From the human T2T-CHM13v2.0 reference genome, Homo sapiens: a DNA stretch of 64,000 nt. The notes below the pieces were generated by a model. That model was given only the letters and a program-made list of their open reading frames with translations, did not search any database and was not told where the DNA came from. The translations under genes and the position numbers were made by a program. The stretch lies in assembly GCF_009914755.1 (NCBI RefSeq), contig NC_060925.1. One strand, written 5' to 3'. Below are positions 40,080 to 53,659 of the stretch, piece by piece (within the stretch, counting starts at the first letter, position 1; every line of letters begins with the position of its first letter).

Positions 40080-41060
40080 TATCAAGTACTTTGAAGATAG
40101 TACCTTATTCTCCACTCTTGGCTTTTATAGGAAGATGGAGGAGCATCTCCCAAGTGCTACTACTTAATTTTTATGTATAGGGGAGCAAGCCCATGTAAAT
40201 AAAGCACCTTGCCCAAGGAACTCAGTGCGCAAGAAACATCTGGCCAGTGTTTTGTAAGGCCCAGGAGGGAGTAACCTCTGTGATAATACATGCCACCACA
40301 GAGTTCCTGGCTTGCTTGTAATTACAGTAAGAGGTTGTAACTTGAGAGAAGGTGGTAGAAGACCAGGTTAAAATCATCAAGGAACTCTTCTCCCACCTGC
40401 TGGATTTTGAGTGGCCTCCTCCACCCAGACCACAGCGGGCTGAATTGAAACCCTTCTATCATCACATGAAGAAGAGCATTTCCAGGTCACTGTTAAAAAG
40501 AATGGCATGTTTGGGGTAGGGAAGGCTTTATCCAGGATTGCCTTCAGTGTTATTGAGCAGCATAGTTGCTCTGAGAAAAGATCTCTCCAGACAAGGGGCA
40601 GAACTGTTTAAATCCTACTCAGGAGCTCTACTCTTTAAATTTGAATCCAGTTTGTCTTGAGCTCCCTGATATGGGTACTCAAGAAAGATTTGTAAATGTA
40701 TTCATTTCTTTAGGTCAAGGGATTGTCCTCCTTATTTGACCTCTTTAAAATGCAGACTCCCTGGAGAGATAGCACATTAAACTACTAATAATTACACCCT
40801 AGAGGCAAGAAGTTTATAACATTTTTTTTCTTCCCCAATAAGGGGACATTCAAGCAGCAAAAAGGTATTGAAGTGGGAGGTGTTAAAAATGGGGAAAAAG
40901 TTTAGTCCCACCTCTGATTTGGAGCCTAGTATTAGTGGTGTGGGTGGAACAGATTGATTGGCCAGGTCCACTGAGGCTGCAGCTGGGTGCTGGGCCCTGA
41001 GACCGGAACTTGAGACCAGGAGATATAAGGTGAGGAGAGAGAACAAGGACAGGGTAGGAG

Positions 41061-41455
41061 ATGCTGTTTAGTCTGGGTGCTCTGAGGAGGAGATGCCCAG
41101 GCTGGATTAGACAGACAAGAGATTTATTAGAGGGAATGCCTGTGAGGGAACATAGGAAGCGGGGAGAGCCATCAGACTATGATGTAGGTCTGAACCTTGT
41201 GAATAAGAGAGGGAAGGAAATAAAGCTGGGTGGAAGAGTCTTAAGCTGAAAGAGAGTCGAAAGTGCCTGTCAGAAGAATCTACTATCTTCCAGGGATGGC
41301 CCTGCCTTAATGTTCCTGCTGTGGTCAGCTGTTGACTGGGAGCAGGTGGTAGGAAGTGAGGCCTCCATGTGAATGTGGTGATAGATTACAGAGAGCAGAC
41401 ACTGGACCTATTGCTCAATTTTGCACCTTGCCAGCAGAGATCTGAGGGGTGCACT
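41061..41455 (-). mobile_element. Old ERVL LTR (LTR16-like)
   Basis: 'aagagatttattagagggaatgcctgtgaggga...gggagagccatcagactatgatgtaggtctga'. Confidence 0.55.
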
Positions 41456-42679
41456 GTCGTGCCAGTGTCTTCTATAGACAAGAAAAGCCTGCTTGGAGCT
41501 CCTGCCAGGTGTGGGCCACATGGTGTGGGATTGAGCTGCCAGGGTCACAGCATGCATTTGGAGCAGCCAAAAGGGAAATGAAGACACAGACATTCTACTG
41601 TGGGATGCAGTGTTATGTAGCAGAAAGATGTTTGGCAGAATGCTATTTGTCCAACTTTTAACTCTGCTGATGACTGGCTGCATGGCCTCAAGAACGGTGC
41701 TTTGGACCTCTCAACCTCGGTTTCCCATTAAATGAGACTAATAACACTGATCTTGCAGGATGAGGTCTGTAAAGTGCCTTGCAAATGCCTGCCACAAAGC
41801 AGCCATCCCATAAGAGGGAAGCTGTTTGTGGTTCTCTTTTAGGATTGGCTAGATTTTCTGTTTGCCCAATATCTTGTGTTTTAAAATGTGCCTAAACATG
41901 CTTTTGAGATATGTAAATGTGCTTAAATATGCTTTTACATGCATCAGTTGTTATATTTTAGAAGATGATCCCAAACAAGACTGTAGTTGTGTAGGGAAGC
42001 CTGGCTAAGAGCTCTAACACGTGAACAAGTTCATTTTCCATGTCAGCATGCTCTAAGGCTGATTTGATTTGGGACCACATCTGAAATTTAGCAGAAGCTA
42101 TTATATTTGGCAGTCACTTTTTTTTGTACACAGGTTCATGATGTCTTTTAACATGTCAGAATGATTAAGTTGTTTCTGGAGGAGGACTGGCATGGGGTAG
42201 CAAAAAGAGCATCAGGCCAGAAATCAAAAGGTAATGACAAGTCATTTGTGTAAAGTGCTTTACAGTTTATAAGGTGCTTTTAAAAAAGGTTGGGCTTCAG
42301 GGTATAGTAGGTATTAGCATCTCATGTCACAGATATGGAAACTGAAGTACAGAAAGCTCGAGTATGCATAAGAATGTCTATGCTATGCATGCTGTGGAGG
42401 GCATGGAGAAATTAGAAACTTGTGATGAACACTCAGGAGAGACTCAGTGCACTTCACTTACAGCATGTCAAAGAAATAAGAGGCATGGGTCTCACATGGG
42501 GATGGAAGATACACCTTTTGCTTGGCGATAGTCACTGGACTTGAACCTTGGGCGGCAAAAATTCTCAAAATTTGCTTAGGAGGAAGCTACAAAGGGTGAC
42601 ATTATGAAAAACTACTTAATGTGCCTTTAGGCAAATGCAAAGTTCCTTTAAAGAGCTATTTCTTGGAAAATAACGATAA

Positions 42680-43105
42680 TGCTCATGCCAGTTATTTGCC
42701 CATTTGCTCTCCACTCCATTCCCTGCTCTTCTCTGCCTTGCTTTCTGTTGCAGGGAACTACATTTCCCAGGCTCCCTTCTCTCTCAGTTTGAAAAGAGGT
42801 TTGGCTAATGAGCAGCACTGGCAAAAGACCAGAGGGCAGGAGGAGTGGGGCCACTCCCCTCTTTCTTTCTTCTTTGGGCAGCTCCCCTGGCAGCAACTGA
42901 GTCTCTGCCATGGCTTCAGTTCTCACTCAACAGACCCATCATGGTTCCAGGTTCTGCCAGGTGGTTCTACCTCTTCCCTTTGTCCCTCCAATTTAGGGGT
43001 GGTGGCAGCTTCCTGTTGTTGCTAATCTCTGAGTTGTTTCTCTGCCCTTCTCTGTTGACTCCTAATCTCTTCCATTATCTGTATAATCAATTCCCTGTAT
43101 TAAGT
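42680..43105 (+). mobile_element. LTR33-like ERVL LTR, interrupted by L1 and resuming at about 44372-44417
   Basis: 'actacatttcccaggctcc...ggtttggctaatgagcagcactggc...ggggtggtggcagcttcctgttgttgctaatctctg'. Confidence 0.65.
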
Positions 43106-44371
43106 AAGCAATGAAGAGAGGACTCCTTATTCAATAAGTGGTGCTGGGATAACTGGCTAGCCATACACAGAATAAAACTGGACGCCTACCTTTCACCATA
43201 TACAAAAATTAACTCAAGATGGATTAAAGATTTAAATGTAAAACCTCAAACTATAAGAATCCTAGAAGATAACCTAGGAAACATCATTCTGAACATGGGC
43301 CTTGGGAAAGAATTTATGACTAATTCCTCAAAGGTAATTGCAACAAAAACAAAAATTGACAAGTGGGACTCAGTTAAACTAAAGACCTGCTGCACAGCAA
43401 AAGAAACTAACAACAGAGCAAGCAGACAGCCTACAGAACAGGAGACAATATTTGTAAACTATGCATCCAACAAAGGTCTGATCTCCAGAATCTAGAAGTA
43501 ACTTAAATAATTGAATAAGCAAAAAACAACCTCATTAAAAAATAGGCAAAAGACATGAACAGATACTTTCAAAAGAAGACATACAAATGGCCAAAGAAGA
43601 TGAAAGAAATCATCACTAATCATCACAGAAATGAAAATCAGAACCACAATGAGATACCATCTCCCACCAGTCTGAATGGTTATTATCAAAAAGTCAAAAA
43701 AAAAAACAAAAAACACACAACAACAGATGTTGGCGAGGTTGTAGAGAAAAGGAAACACATACCCCGTTAGTGGGAATGCAAATTAGTTCAGCCACTGTGT
43801 AAAGCAGTTTGGAGATTTCTCAAAGAGCTTAAAACAGAACTACTGTTTGACCCAGGAATCCCATTACTGGGTATATATTCAGAAGAAAACAAATCATTCT
43901 ACCTGGAAGACACATGCACTCACATGTTCATCACAGCACTACTCACAATAGAAAGGCATGGAATCTATCTAGGTGCCCATTAGTTGTGGATTAGACAAAG
44001 AAAATAATGTACATATGCACTATGGAATACTATGCAGCCATAAACAAGGATGAAATCATGTCCTTTGCAGCAACATGAATGCAGCTGGGGGCCATTATCC
44101 TAAGTGAATTAACACAGGAACAGAAAGCCAAATACTGCATGTTCTCACTTATAAGTGGGAGCTAAACATCAGGTACTCGTGGACATGGGAGACTACTAGA
44201 GCAGGCAGGGAGGGGGGCAAGGCTTGAAAAACTAACTGTTGAGTACATTGCTCAGTACCTGAGTAAAGGGATCATATGCACCCAAAACCTCAGCATCATA
44301 CAATATACCCAGTTAACAAATTGCACATGTGCCTCATGAATCTAAAATAAAAGTTGAAAAAGAAAAAAAAA
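43106..44371 (+). mobile_element. L1PA15/16-like LINE-1, 5' truncated (end of ORF2, 3'UTR, polyA)
   Basis: 'ttattcaataagtggtgctgggataactggctagccata', 'aaccacaatgagataccatct', 'gttctcacttataagtgggagctaaac', 'aaacctcagcatcatacaatataccc...tctaaaataaaagttgaaaaa'. ORF 43295..43495 gives an ORF2-like peptide. Confidence 0.93.
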
Positions 44372-44424
44372 TATCTACAGTAGTATCTTCTTTCTGACTG
44401 GATCTTTGCTGATACAATACCTAG

Positions 44425-44670
44425 TGTTTATTGAGTTATTAGCATGTACTGGACAGTGCTCTGGATTTTTAAATTTTACCTCATTTCATCCTTATGATTC
44501 ATATAACCCTGTAAGTAGGCATTATGCTTAATTGTCCCAGTTTACAGATGAGAAATGAGGCATCTGCAGCACTAAGGCATGATGTATTGAGCTCAAGGTC
44601 AAACAACAGAGTAGCTGTGGTGGGATTGAGAACCAGGTGCTCTGGTTGACCACTGTACTACACTGCCTCT
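44425..44670 (-). mobile_element. MIR SINE
   Basis: 'tttattgag...accctgtaagtaggcattat...ccagtttacagatgagaaatgagg...tcaaggtcaaacaac'. Confidence 0.7.
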
Positions 44671-44738
44671 TGATCACAGCCTCAGAAAGCAGCTGAAAGA
44701 GTTGAGCTTCTCCGCACTTTCACTCAAGGGCTTTGCCT

Positions 44739-44751
44739 TGCCCTCTAGAGG
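44739..44751 (-). promoter_or_regulatory. Candidate CTCF core motif
   Basis: Minus strand reads CCTCTAGAGGGCA, close to the CC(A/T)(C/G)(C/T)AG(A/G)GGGC(A/G) core. Confidence 0.35.
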
Positions 44752-47700
44752 TGACACGGACTCACGTGGAGCTGCACAGTGTGTCTTTAAACCTTTAAAA
44801 CAGTTAAGGGTTTTAATTTGATCTTTCATTTCTGATTTAAAAAGTAGTATGAATTCATAGAAGAGATTTCAGAATCACTCATAATGATAACCTTCATGTA
44901 GCAATCATTATTAATATCTGGGCGTTTTTCCCCAGGTTTTATTTTGTATGGGAAAACTATCTGGGAAACTGTTTTTTGCATAATGTGATTTTAAAAGAGA
45001 AAGTTGACTGTGATCAGGGAGTATGCCTTGCGAATATAAGCATCGGAAAAGAGAAACTAATGTATAATAAAAGTGTTGTGATCTATTGACTACATTGCCC
45101 TGAAAGTTCACTAGCATGAGACATTGTAGCTATTTATGCAGGTAGACCTAAGGTAAAGAGGAAGTGTAAAATCAGCAAAACTCAGGCTCTGTGCATACCT
45201 TGGAAATGTGCCTACTAAATCTTATTCAGTATGTGTCAGCCTCCTTACATTTCGGTTTTCCCAGAAGATGACTTTGGGATGAAATTTTGGAGCTCTCTCG
45301 ACTGGAACAAAACATTCTCTATTTGTTATACCAATAATGCTTTAACTTCTTGCATTTTACTAGTATTCTCCACCTGAATTCTCCCTATCCACCTAAAAAA
45401 GCAAAACCCAGCAATAATTCAAACCCTCGGAGGTACATTATGAAAAACATGTGCAGCAGAATGGCCGTATGCTAAGGTAGGCACCCAGGGATGAAATCCC
45501 AAGCTTTATTCCCTGAACTCTCTCCGCTACTCTGTCATGTGGCGGGTGGTTCACTCCACCTTTACCATGCTTCAATGTTTCCAGTCAAGCAGAGGCAAGT
45601 GGATGATATATCTGGCAGGTACTTTTATAAAGGCATTGTGAGAATGTAGAGGATTCTAGGAGGAACTCTGCTTACCACCTATTGTGCCCTATTTCAGGTT
45701 GAGCTCAGAGTTTAAGAGTCCTAGCAGTGAACTATGACTTAGAGGCAGTGACTTGGGATGCTTTCATAAGCTTAAAGGTTTGACGTGCATTTTTCTCTAA
45801 ATTGCAAATGTTTGTGTCTACTCATCAGTCTTGAAAACTTTCTTGGACCTGTCATTGTACACAGGTAGATTTTCTCTCTGTCCTACAATTTTTAGCTTCC
45901 TCTATAATTACCTTGTTTACTCACCCTCCCCCGCAAGGACTCTCCTAACAATTACTTTGTTATAATGTTTAAGATAACAAAGGTGATAAAGGCAGCCAGA
46001 GGAACCTGGCTGGCTGGGGTATGGAGTGGATTCTCACCCAGTAACATGAAGAAATGGTACAGCTATTTGCTCTTCCACAAGGAGAAGGAAAGGAGGAGGA
46101 TGAAGCATCATGGAAACCTGCAAGTGAGAGTTTGAGGCATCTATTTTACCTAGAGATAACTAAAAGAGACTGATCATGATAGCAGTATGCATTGTTCCAA
46201 GAGTCTGTTTAATTGAAATGATGAGAGTAGGCCTGGAAAATGGAAGGAACAAGCTGCAGTCTCTTTGTGGCAAACAAAGATCCTATGAGGAGACGTATTT
46301 AAGCCTGGGATCAAGGAATTGGAACGAACAAAGGTCTTGATTCCAGCTTTTACTGTATTAGTGTACTGTAATCTCTGGCACTGAATAAAAAAGCCTTTGG
46401 AGATAACTTGCCTCCAAATAAAACAATTTTATCATTCTCTGGGGTAGTGGGGGAGGATGCAAGAACCTACTACCTTGTTAGACCAGAATTTCGTGAAACA
46501 AGGACAGCACTCAGGATGGTCCCTCTGAATGAATGAAATGCAAAGAAACAGTTTCTTAAAACCCCACGATTCCTGTTTTTGAGTTATTAGCATGTTTTTT
46601 GAGGTTCTTTATAATTTCATGTTCAACTTTGTTTTACATTATGGATACAAATACATTTTTATATCCGCTACTTTTTTGTCTGTCTGTAGCATTCTTTTCA
46701 TGATTGTTCCGGGGTGATTGTGTTATGAGCTGATGTATTATGTCTGGCATAATGGACATCTAATGTTTGGGAGACCAAGAACTCCCTTTCCTCCATTCTC
46801 TTCATTAGGGGACAGCATGCCTCTGTGACAGAGACTGTACGTGTCCACCAAAACCTGTTTTCTCTTCCTCCTGGGCATCACGTGGAGAGGAGCCACCTGA
46901 TCAGGACTGTGTCATGAGTGAAAAATAAACTTTGACTATGCTAAGCCACAGAGAGCTAGGGGTTTATCCATTTGCAGTAATTAATATTACCCTTACTTAA
47001 ACACCTTTTATTTTGGGAACTGCTTTTCTCCATTCATGTAGATTCAGCAGGCAAAGCCATGTTTTTAGAGTCCATATCTCAACCCCATTTCCACATATAC
47101 TTTATTGATTCAGGGGTGGCTCACTGACCCAAACTGAGCCAACCAAATAGAATTTTAAAATTCTAACCAAGAAAGACGTCAGTTTCTCTCTAGCAGTGGA
47201 AAATGTAAGATGTTAAACTTAGAAACCACCAAGAGAACCGTCTAAAAGTGAGAGACAGGATGAAAAAAGGAGGTGGGAAGGAAGGAGGAAGACAGGAAGG
47301 AAGAGAAGTGGGGGCAGGAAGAGACACAGATTTTCCTTTTGAGTCTCTGACTCTTCTTGCCCTTTTGTCCAGTTATCTGTCTGCCCTTCCCATGGTTTAG
47401 ATGTGATAGTACCTAATAACTTTCCAATATATTCCCATTTGTTGCCTAAGCTAGTTTAGGTTGGTTTCTGCAATTTGTGACCAAAAGAGTCATGACCAAT
47501 ACATGTCATAAGAGATGACTTATTACATTGTAATGTAGTGTTGAAGTCCATCATAATAGATATCCAGATAATCCATCTCCAATGAGTATATATGACAGTC
47601 AAGGAAATATAGAAGCAAGAATATAGAAACAGCAGGTTTTTCTGTTCAAAAGCTTATAATCTAGTTTGGGAAATAAATACTATATAAACCAATGCCAGAA

Positions 47701-49849
47701 TCCATGGTACAAAAAAAAAAAAAAAAAAGACTGCAGGGGAATTGTTAGGTATTTGGCATAGAAAGTAACTATCTTGAACAGGGAAAGAGGACTTGGTAGA
47801 GTCATTGGGAACTGCTTGAGGAGAAAGGCTTGACTGAGGTATTTCTCTCTCATCTAAGATACCAACAGTTGACAATGTTTTTAAGTAATGGGAGAAAAAG
47901 GTTAGAAAATCTAATTTTTAAAAAAGGTTGAAAGCACATAAAAATATATTTTAAAATGACCTAACCAACAATTTATAGAGCCACGTCTAGAGGCACTCAT
48001 CAGCCAGTAAAGAACAAGGTTTCATTTCCACCATTCTTTGCCTTGTTCTTTAAGCTTCAGAAATACTGAGCTGCTGAGAGTTGTCTTGTCCATACACAGT
48101 TTGCCTGCTCAGCCTGCTTTTTTCCGTTGGGAGGTGCCTTCCAACCACAGTAGCTGCTGAAGAGACAGCTCCAAATAGCCATGCTCACAGTGGACTATTC
48201 TGGCCACAGCTGATTGGGCCAGAAGTGATCACCTGATCCAAGCCGAACTAATCACATGACCTTCCCCTATGTAGTTTGAACTAGGAGAGGTGGAAGTGTT
48301 AAGGCTGTGAAATTACGGCTAACAAAATAGGCAGGTAGAGGAAATTGATTATCAGAAAGGAGAATGGGGCAGACGTTCAGGTTGAAGTGGACATGGGAGG
48401 TTGTGTGGTGCTAGTTCTTGGCCTTACTACCTGAAATTGGTTTCCTTACTATTCCCTTCAATACTAACAGTAAACTTACTTTTTACTTGAGCTTCTTAGA
48501 GCTGGTGTCTGCTTCTCATAGACAAACAATCCCTGATCAGAGTGTTCCCAAATATTAACACAATGTGTTTCGTTCCTGTGCACGCATTTCTCCTGCCTTC
48601 AGTAACTCTGCACATTCTGTTCTCCAGCTCACTCTGTTCGTTTCTGAAAACCCAGCTCAGCAGTCAGTCCCCTTCTGTGGAAGGTTTTAAGTTATTTATT
48701 GAAGAATAGATAGCTCATAGTAAGGAAGCAGAGGGACTTTCAGTTAGGGGAGGGTAATGGGAGCCAAGCAACAGAGAAGGGGTGTGTACAGGAACAGGGC
48801 AATGAGAAGGATCAAAGCAGAGGCTTGTTTATGTTAGAGAATAGAGGGGAGAGCAAACTTCAAGTACTTCTGCAGGACAAATATTTGTGATCTTGGCGTC
48901 ATTTTGTCTGAAGGCTAAGGGCTCACCACGTACTGGATACCACGGAGAGGTCATACTGTAATTTATCCCAGCTAAGAAAGAAACTGTAGCTATTCCCGGG
49001 TATCAGTAATAACCCATTTCTGTAGCATTGCGAGGTTCAGCTCAAGACAGAGGACCACCCAGACGTACTACAAATGTTTCTGCTAGAATTCAAATAAATC
49101 ACATTTGCAGACACTATAGTGCTTCCCATCAGGGGTGAGAAGGGTATGTGCAAAATAGTGCAAGCTCTGAGGGGCTGGGAGGAGCAGTTCCCCACATTGC
49201 CAAGGAGGGCCATAATGAAGACTGTCTTCCTGCTGGGAAGCACCAGAACGCGTTTATTGATTGGAGGTGAATGCAGTGAATGTAAAGTTGGGGAGTTTTG
49301 CAGTTTAATCCGACATCTGTCATTCTCGGAAGAATGAACAGTTCAAAGTAAAACCTCATCCATATTGATGTGTAAGAAGAACTCTGGGCTAGGAAAAATG
49401 GGGCCCATGAGATCAGGACTGGGAGAGCTAAGACAGAGCAAAGGTCTTCCCAGTAGCTGTCCATAACACGCGGACCAAGTTAATTGCCCTGTTGGAAGAA
49501 TTAAGGAAATAATATACTGAAGCAGCTAATATAATGTCTGGCTCAAAATGGAGATTGAAAAAATATTAGCTCTCTTCTCCTTTCAAATCGGGAAGGTAGG
49601 GGAAGCTTTGGAAGCAGACTTCTGACTGCTGGAGAAGAAAAATAGAAAAAACAACAACGTGGAAACACAGATGTGTGTTTCTGGTGTGCAGGGAAGTTGA
49701 ATTTTCCATTTTGGGGAGAGGTTTTTTTTTGGTGGGGAGGAGGGAGCAAAGATGGAGTGCCTACTTTATTATTATTTTTATCCCTCAGGTTGGCAGGTGG
49801 TGGAGAGAATACCAAGACCTAGGCTCTCCTGATCTCCCTGCATCCCTGT

Positions 49850-50650
49850 CATTTTTGGCAATGTCGCTAATCGGCCCAGCAGCCCGAATCCACACGCCCC
49901 GGCGTCCGGGCTCTGCAAGGTGCAGCTGGTCTCAGGCCCTGTCTCAGGTAAGTAATGGGCACTTTGGGCTGCAATTTCTGTTCCTGAATAGGCCTCCTAT
50001 CTCAGAGTCATGCTTCAACAAACACTCAATTAAAAGGAAAAAAACCTCTGGGTGATGGAAGGCACCCTATTACTGAGAAGCAGGGGATGTTTACTGAAGA
50101 AAGCGACTTCTCCCTAGTTACTAGTAGCCGAGCGAAGATTTATGAGCCAGTTTGTCCCATGGCGATCAAACCTGAAATGTGAAGTTTAAACTGGCGCATT
50201 GTTTAATCAACAAAACAAACTAGGCCATGGGAGTTGCTTAGAATTGGGAATTAGGCAAAGCAGTGGAGTGTTAAGGCCATGGTTAAAAACAAGCTAGACC
50301 TAGGGTGGTTCTGTTAGCAAAAGACACTAAATTTAACACCAGACGCCTACAGATGAGAAGTCAATATTATTTTTTATTAAATGTTCACTCGCAGCTCATG
50401 ACGGTAATCTGAAAAAATACATTTTCTTTCCAGAATACAGAAGTAATCAGAATTTATTCACGTGGGCCGACTGAGAGTTTTGACGTCAAAGGGCAATCCT
50501 GTCTGATTGATACCACTCAAATGGCAATATTGTTTGAAGAAATGTAGTTAGAGAGATGGCAATTTAAAGGCTATAAGAAGTTACAGGAAAAGTGAGTGTA
50601 ACATTCCATACCGATTTCTGACGTGCGATACTACATGGTGTTGAATTGCC
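49850..50650. promoter_or_regulatory. CpG-retaining candidate promoter/enhancer
   Basis: 7 CpGs in 49865-49908, SP/KLF-type CACGCCC near 49893, donor CAG|GTAAGT at 49947/49948, E-box CACGTG 50459-50464, full CRE TGACGTCA 50481-50488. Confidence 0.45.
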
Positions 50651-50859
50651 AGAAACTTGTCAATTGGGTTTCCTAGAGATTGAGTATCTGAAAGGAAAGG
50701 GAGGAGGAAATGTGGTTTTCAGGCACCTTACAAACACCACAGTAAACTATTTTTTTCCCCTGGGCTAGTCATTGTGGTAAATGAAGGCTTTGGTTTCTAA
50801 GACTCTGTTAATAAACCGTAGTCATTTCTTTCAAGTGTTTTACTTTGAAAAAGTTTTTT

Positions 50860-51181
50860 GGCTGGGTGCGGTGGCTCACACCTGTAATCTCAGCACTTTG
50901 GGAGGCCGAGGTGGGCAGATCACTGGAATCCAGAAGTTGGAGACCAGCCTAGGCAACATAGTGAGACTTGGTTTCTACGAAAAATACAAAGATTAGCCAG
51001 GTGTGGTGGCCAGCATCTGTAATCCCAGATACTTGGGAGGCTGAGGTGGAAGGATCGCTTGAGCTGGGAGGTTGAGGCTGCAGTGAGCTGTGATTGCACC
51101 ACTGCATTGTAGCCTGGGTGGCACAGCGAGACCCTGTCTCAAAAAACAAAAACAAAAACAAAACTCAAAAAACAAAAAACA
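50860..51181 (+). mobile_element. Alu (AluJ-type)
   Basis: 'ggctgggtgcggtggctcacacctgtaatc...agcctaggcaacatagtgagac...gaggttgaggctgcagtgagctgtgattg' plus A/C tail. Confidence 0.96.
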
Positions 51182-51809
51182 AGGCAACAAATAACAGTTT
51201 TTTTTTTTGTTTTTTCAAACAGGATTTTGTGAATAGAGACTATAAAGCACTCCTGTAACCTTGGCCCCAAAGAGGGCTCTCCAGACAGAAAGTTGCCTGC
51301 ATGTCCCGGTGCGTGTTTTTGAGTGTGATACTGTTCTTCACTGCTCTGTCCCAAGAAATCCAGCATTGCCTATGGCATACCTTCTGAGGAAAGCCTTTGG
51401 GGCAAAGAAATTACAAAAATGAAGGTGGGGGAGTATTACAATTTGTAACAGTCACTTAAGAATTCTCAACATGTTTTTTTCATTGGCTAAAAACAAAACA
51501 AGGTAATACAAGACACCTGTGACCATGCTAAAAATAAGAGGCACAGATGCCCCACCGTTAAAGCAAGCAGGTCACGCAGCAGGGGCATTCCTGTGGGTGA
51601 GCGGCCTGGGAGACCAACAGAGAAGAATCACCCAGGAGGTAAAACAGCATTCAGTGAGCAAGAGGCACAGAAGTCTAGGGTGAAATTGCCAGTGAAACAG
51701 CCTTCTCAGAATGCTGGGATTTTAGAAAGCACAGCTGGGAAGTTGTGGGCTGGAGAATCCATCAGCCTCCCTCGTTGTCTATCTCTTTCCTTCCTAACTT
51801 TCTTGTATC

Positions 51810-52225
51810 AGCCATCAGTGCCACACTGGGTGCTGGGCTTGAGGGGATAAAATGGGGAACATACGCACCCGGTTTCTGTCCTTAGGGGGCTTAGAGTAGA
51901 ATGGGGAAGAGATAAACCCAAGTAAATAGCATACAAATAAAATAATTGCCAACTGTGATAAAGGACTTTGAAGAAAGCAATTAAAGTTCTGAGTTAGAAG
52001 GTAACATGAGAGTAAATTGCGTTTCCTAGGGTGGTCAGGAAATGTTTTTTTGGACAGACTTAACATATAAACAGATCTGTAAGGAGCAGGGAGGATTTTA
52101 AAGTTTGCAGTGGGTAGAGAGGTTGGGAAAGTACTGAAAGAAAGTGGTGTGGTTGGAGAACAATATACAAATGTGACAATGAAACAAAATGGAACAAAAG
52201 AAAAGGGAAGGCTTGTCATCAGACG
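51810..52225 (-). mobile_element. L2 fragment
   Basis: 'gtgctgggcttgaggggataaaatgg...gcttagagtagaatggggaaga...agggtggtcaggaaa'. Confidence 0.6.
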
Positions 52226-52751
52226 TGGTGACAAGTTCATTTTGATCTCTCACCCTCTATCTTCACGGTCTCTTCAGGCCTCCTAGACTTCCATTGGAAA
52301 GCCCTGGCCTCTTGGAATTACAGGTGTTGGAAATCCACACCAAACTAACTTGAGCAGGGAAGGGGAATTACCATACTGTGAGCTGTCAGGGTGCAGCTGA
52401 CCAATAGATGGCTGGGGCCCGGGGATATGGGCATCGAGATTCACTTTTTTTTCTCCTGTGGTTCTCCTTCATTGTCCAGCAGACAGGCCTTGGCCTGTAC
52501 TACAGTGGGACAGTGTTTCCAGTAGCAACTGTTTATCTTCCCAAATTTGCCACCAGGCAGTGGGGGGCTGTCTTCCCTTACTTCCAGTTTGGCTCATGCT
52601 TGGTGAGAGACTCTGTTTTCCTTGGCTTGGGTCACATTCCCACCCAAGGAGACAGGGTGCTGCCGGTGGCAGCGTGGGGGAAAGGAGCAACTCCCCTGCA
52701 GATGCCTGCCTGCCTGTGAGGGCGTCGATATGAGTGAGAAAGGGTAAAGAG

Positions 52752-52896
52752 CTGTGAGTATGTGTATTGTGAGATTGTGTGTGTGTGTTTATGTAGATGT
52801 GTGCATGTGTATGTGAGTGTGTATGAATGTATGTGTGTATGTGTGACTGGGAGAACATGTATGTGTGTACATTTGTGAGTATGTATATATGTTGAG
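52752..52896. repeat. Degenerate (TG)n/(TGTA)n tract
   Basis: TG-rich low complexity; it continues briefly after the MLT1 at about 53315-53365. Confidence 0.85.
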
Positions 52897-53310
52897 TGTT
52901 ATGTGTAAAATTGTGTCTCCCTAAAATTCTTATGTTGAAATCCTAGCCCCTAATACCTTAGAATTCAACGTTATTTGGAGAGAGGTCTTCGTATAGATAA
53001 TCAAGTTCAAAGGAGACATTAGGGTGGGCTGTAATCCCATTAGCTGTTGTCTTTGTAAAAGGGGAAATTTGGACACAGAGCCACTCAGAGAGGGAAGAGG
53101 TCGTGAAGAGACACTGGCAGAAGATAGCCATGTACAAGCCAAGTAGAGAGGACTGGAACAGATCCTTCCCTCACAGCCTCCGAGGAACCAACCTGGCCGA
53201 CACCTTGATTTCAGACTTCTGGCCTCCAGAACTGTGTGAGACAGCACATTTCTGTTGTGGAAGCCACCCAGTCTGTGGTACTTTGTTACAGCAGCTCCAG
53301 CAAATGCACA
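52897..53310 (+). mobile_element. MLT1B/C MaLR solo LTR
   Basis: 'aattgtgtctccctaaaattcttatgttgaaatcctagccc'...'gccgacaccttgatttcagacttctggcctccagaactgtg'...'gtactttgttacagcagc'. Confidence 0.9.
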
Positions 53311-53659
53311 CCATGAGCGTGTGTGTGACTGTGGGCATCTGAGTGTCAATGTCAATGTATGTGTAGACTGGGAGTTGCTCTGGTCATAAATCTAAAGATG
53401 GCTATCATGCTGCTCCTTTTCTTTGCTTATCCAATACCACTCACATTTCGAGGCCTGCCACAAATCCCCCTCCTTCTTGACATCTTTCATGGGTTCTCAG
53501 TGCTCCAGGTGCAATTCTGGCTGCCACCAATTAATCGCGTGATTCATGGTGACCTTGAGGGAAACAACCTTTCTCATTAATCTTTGGGTCCCTGTATTTG
53601 TCTTATGGCCCAGCATGTAGTAAGTACTCAAATAATATTTGTTTGCTTCACTTAACCTT

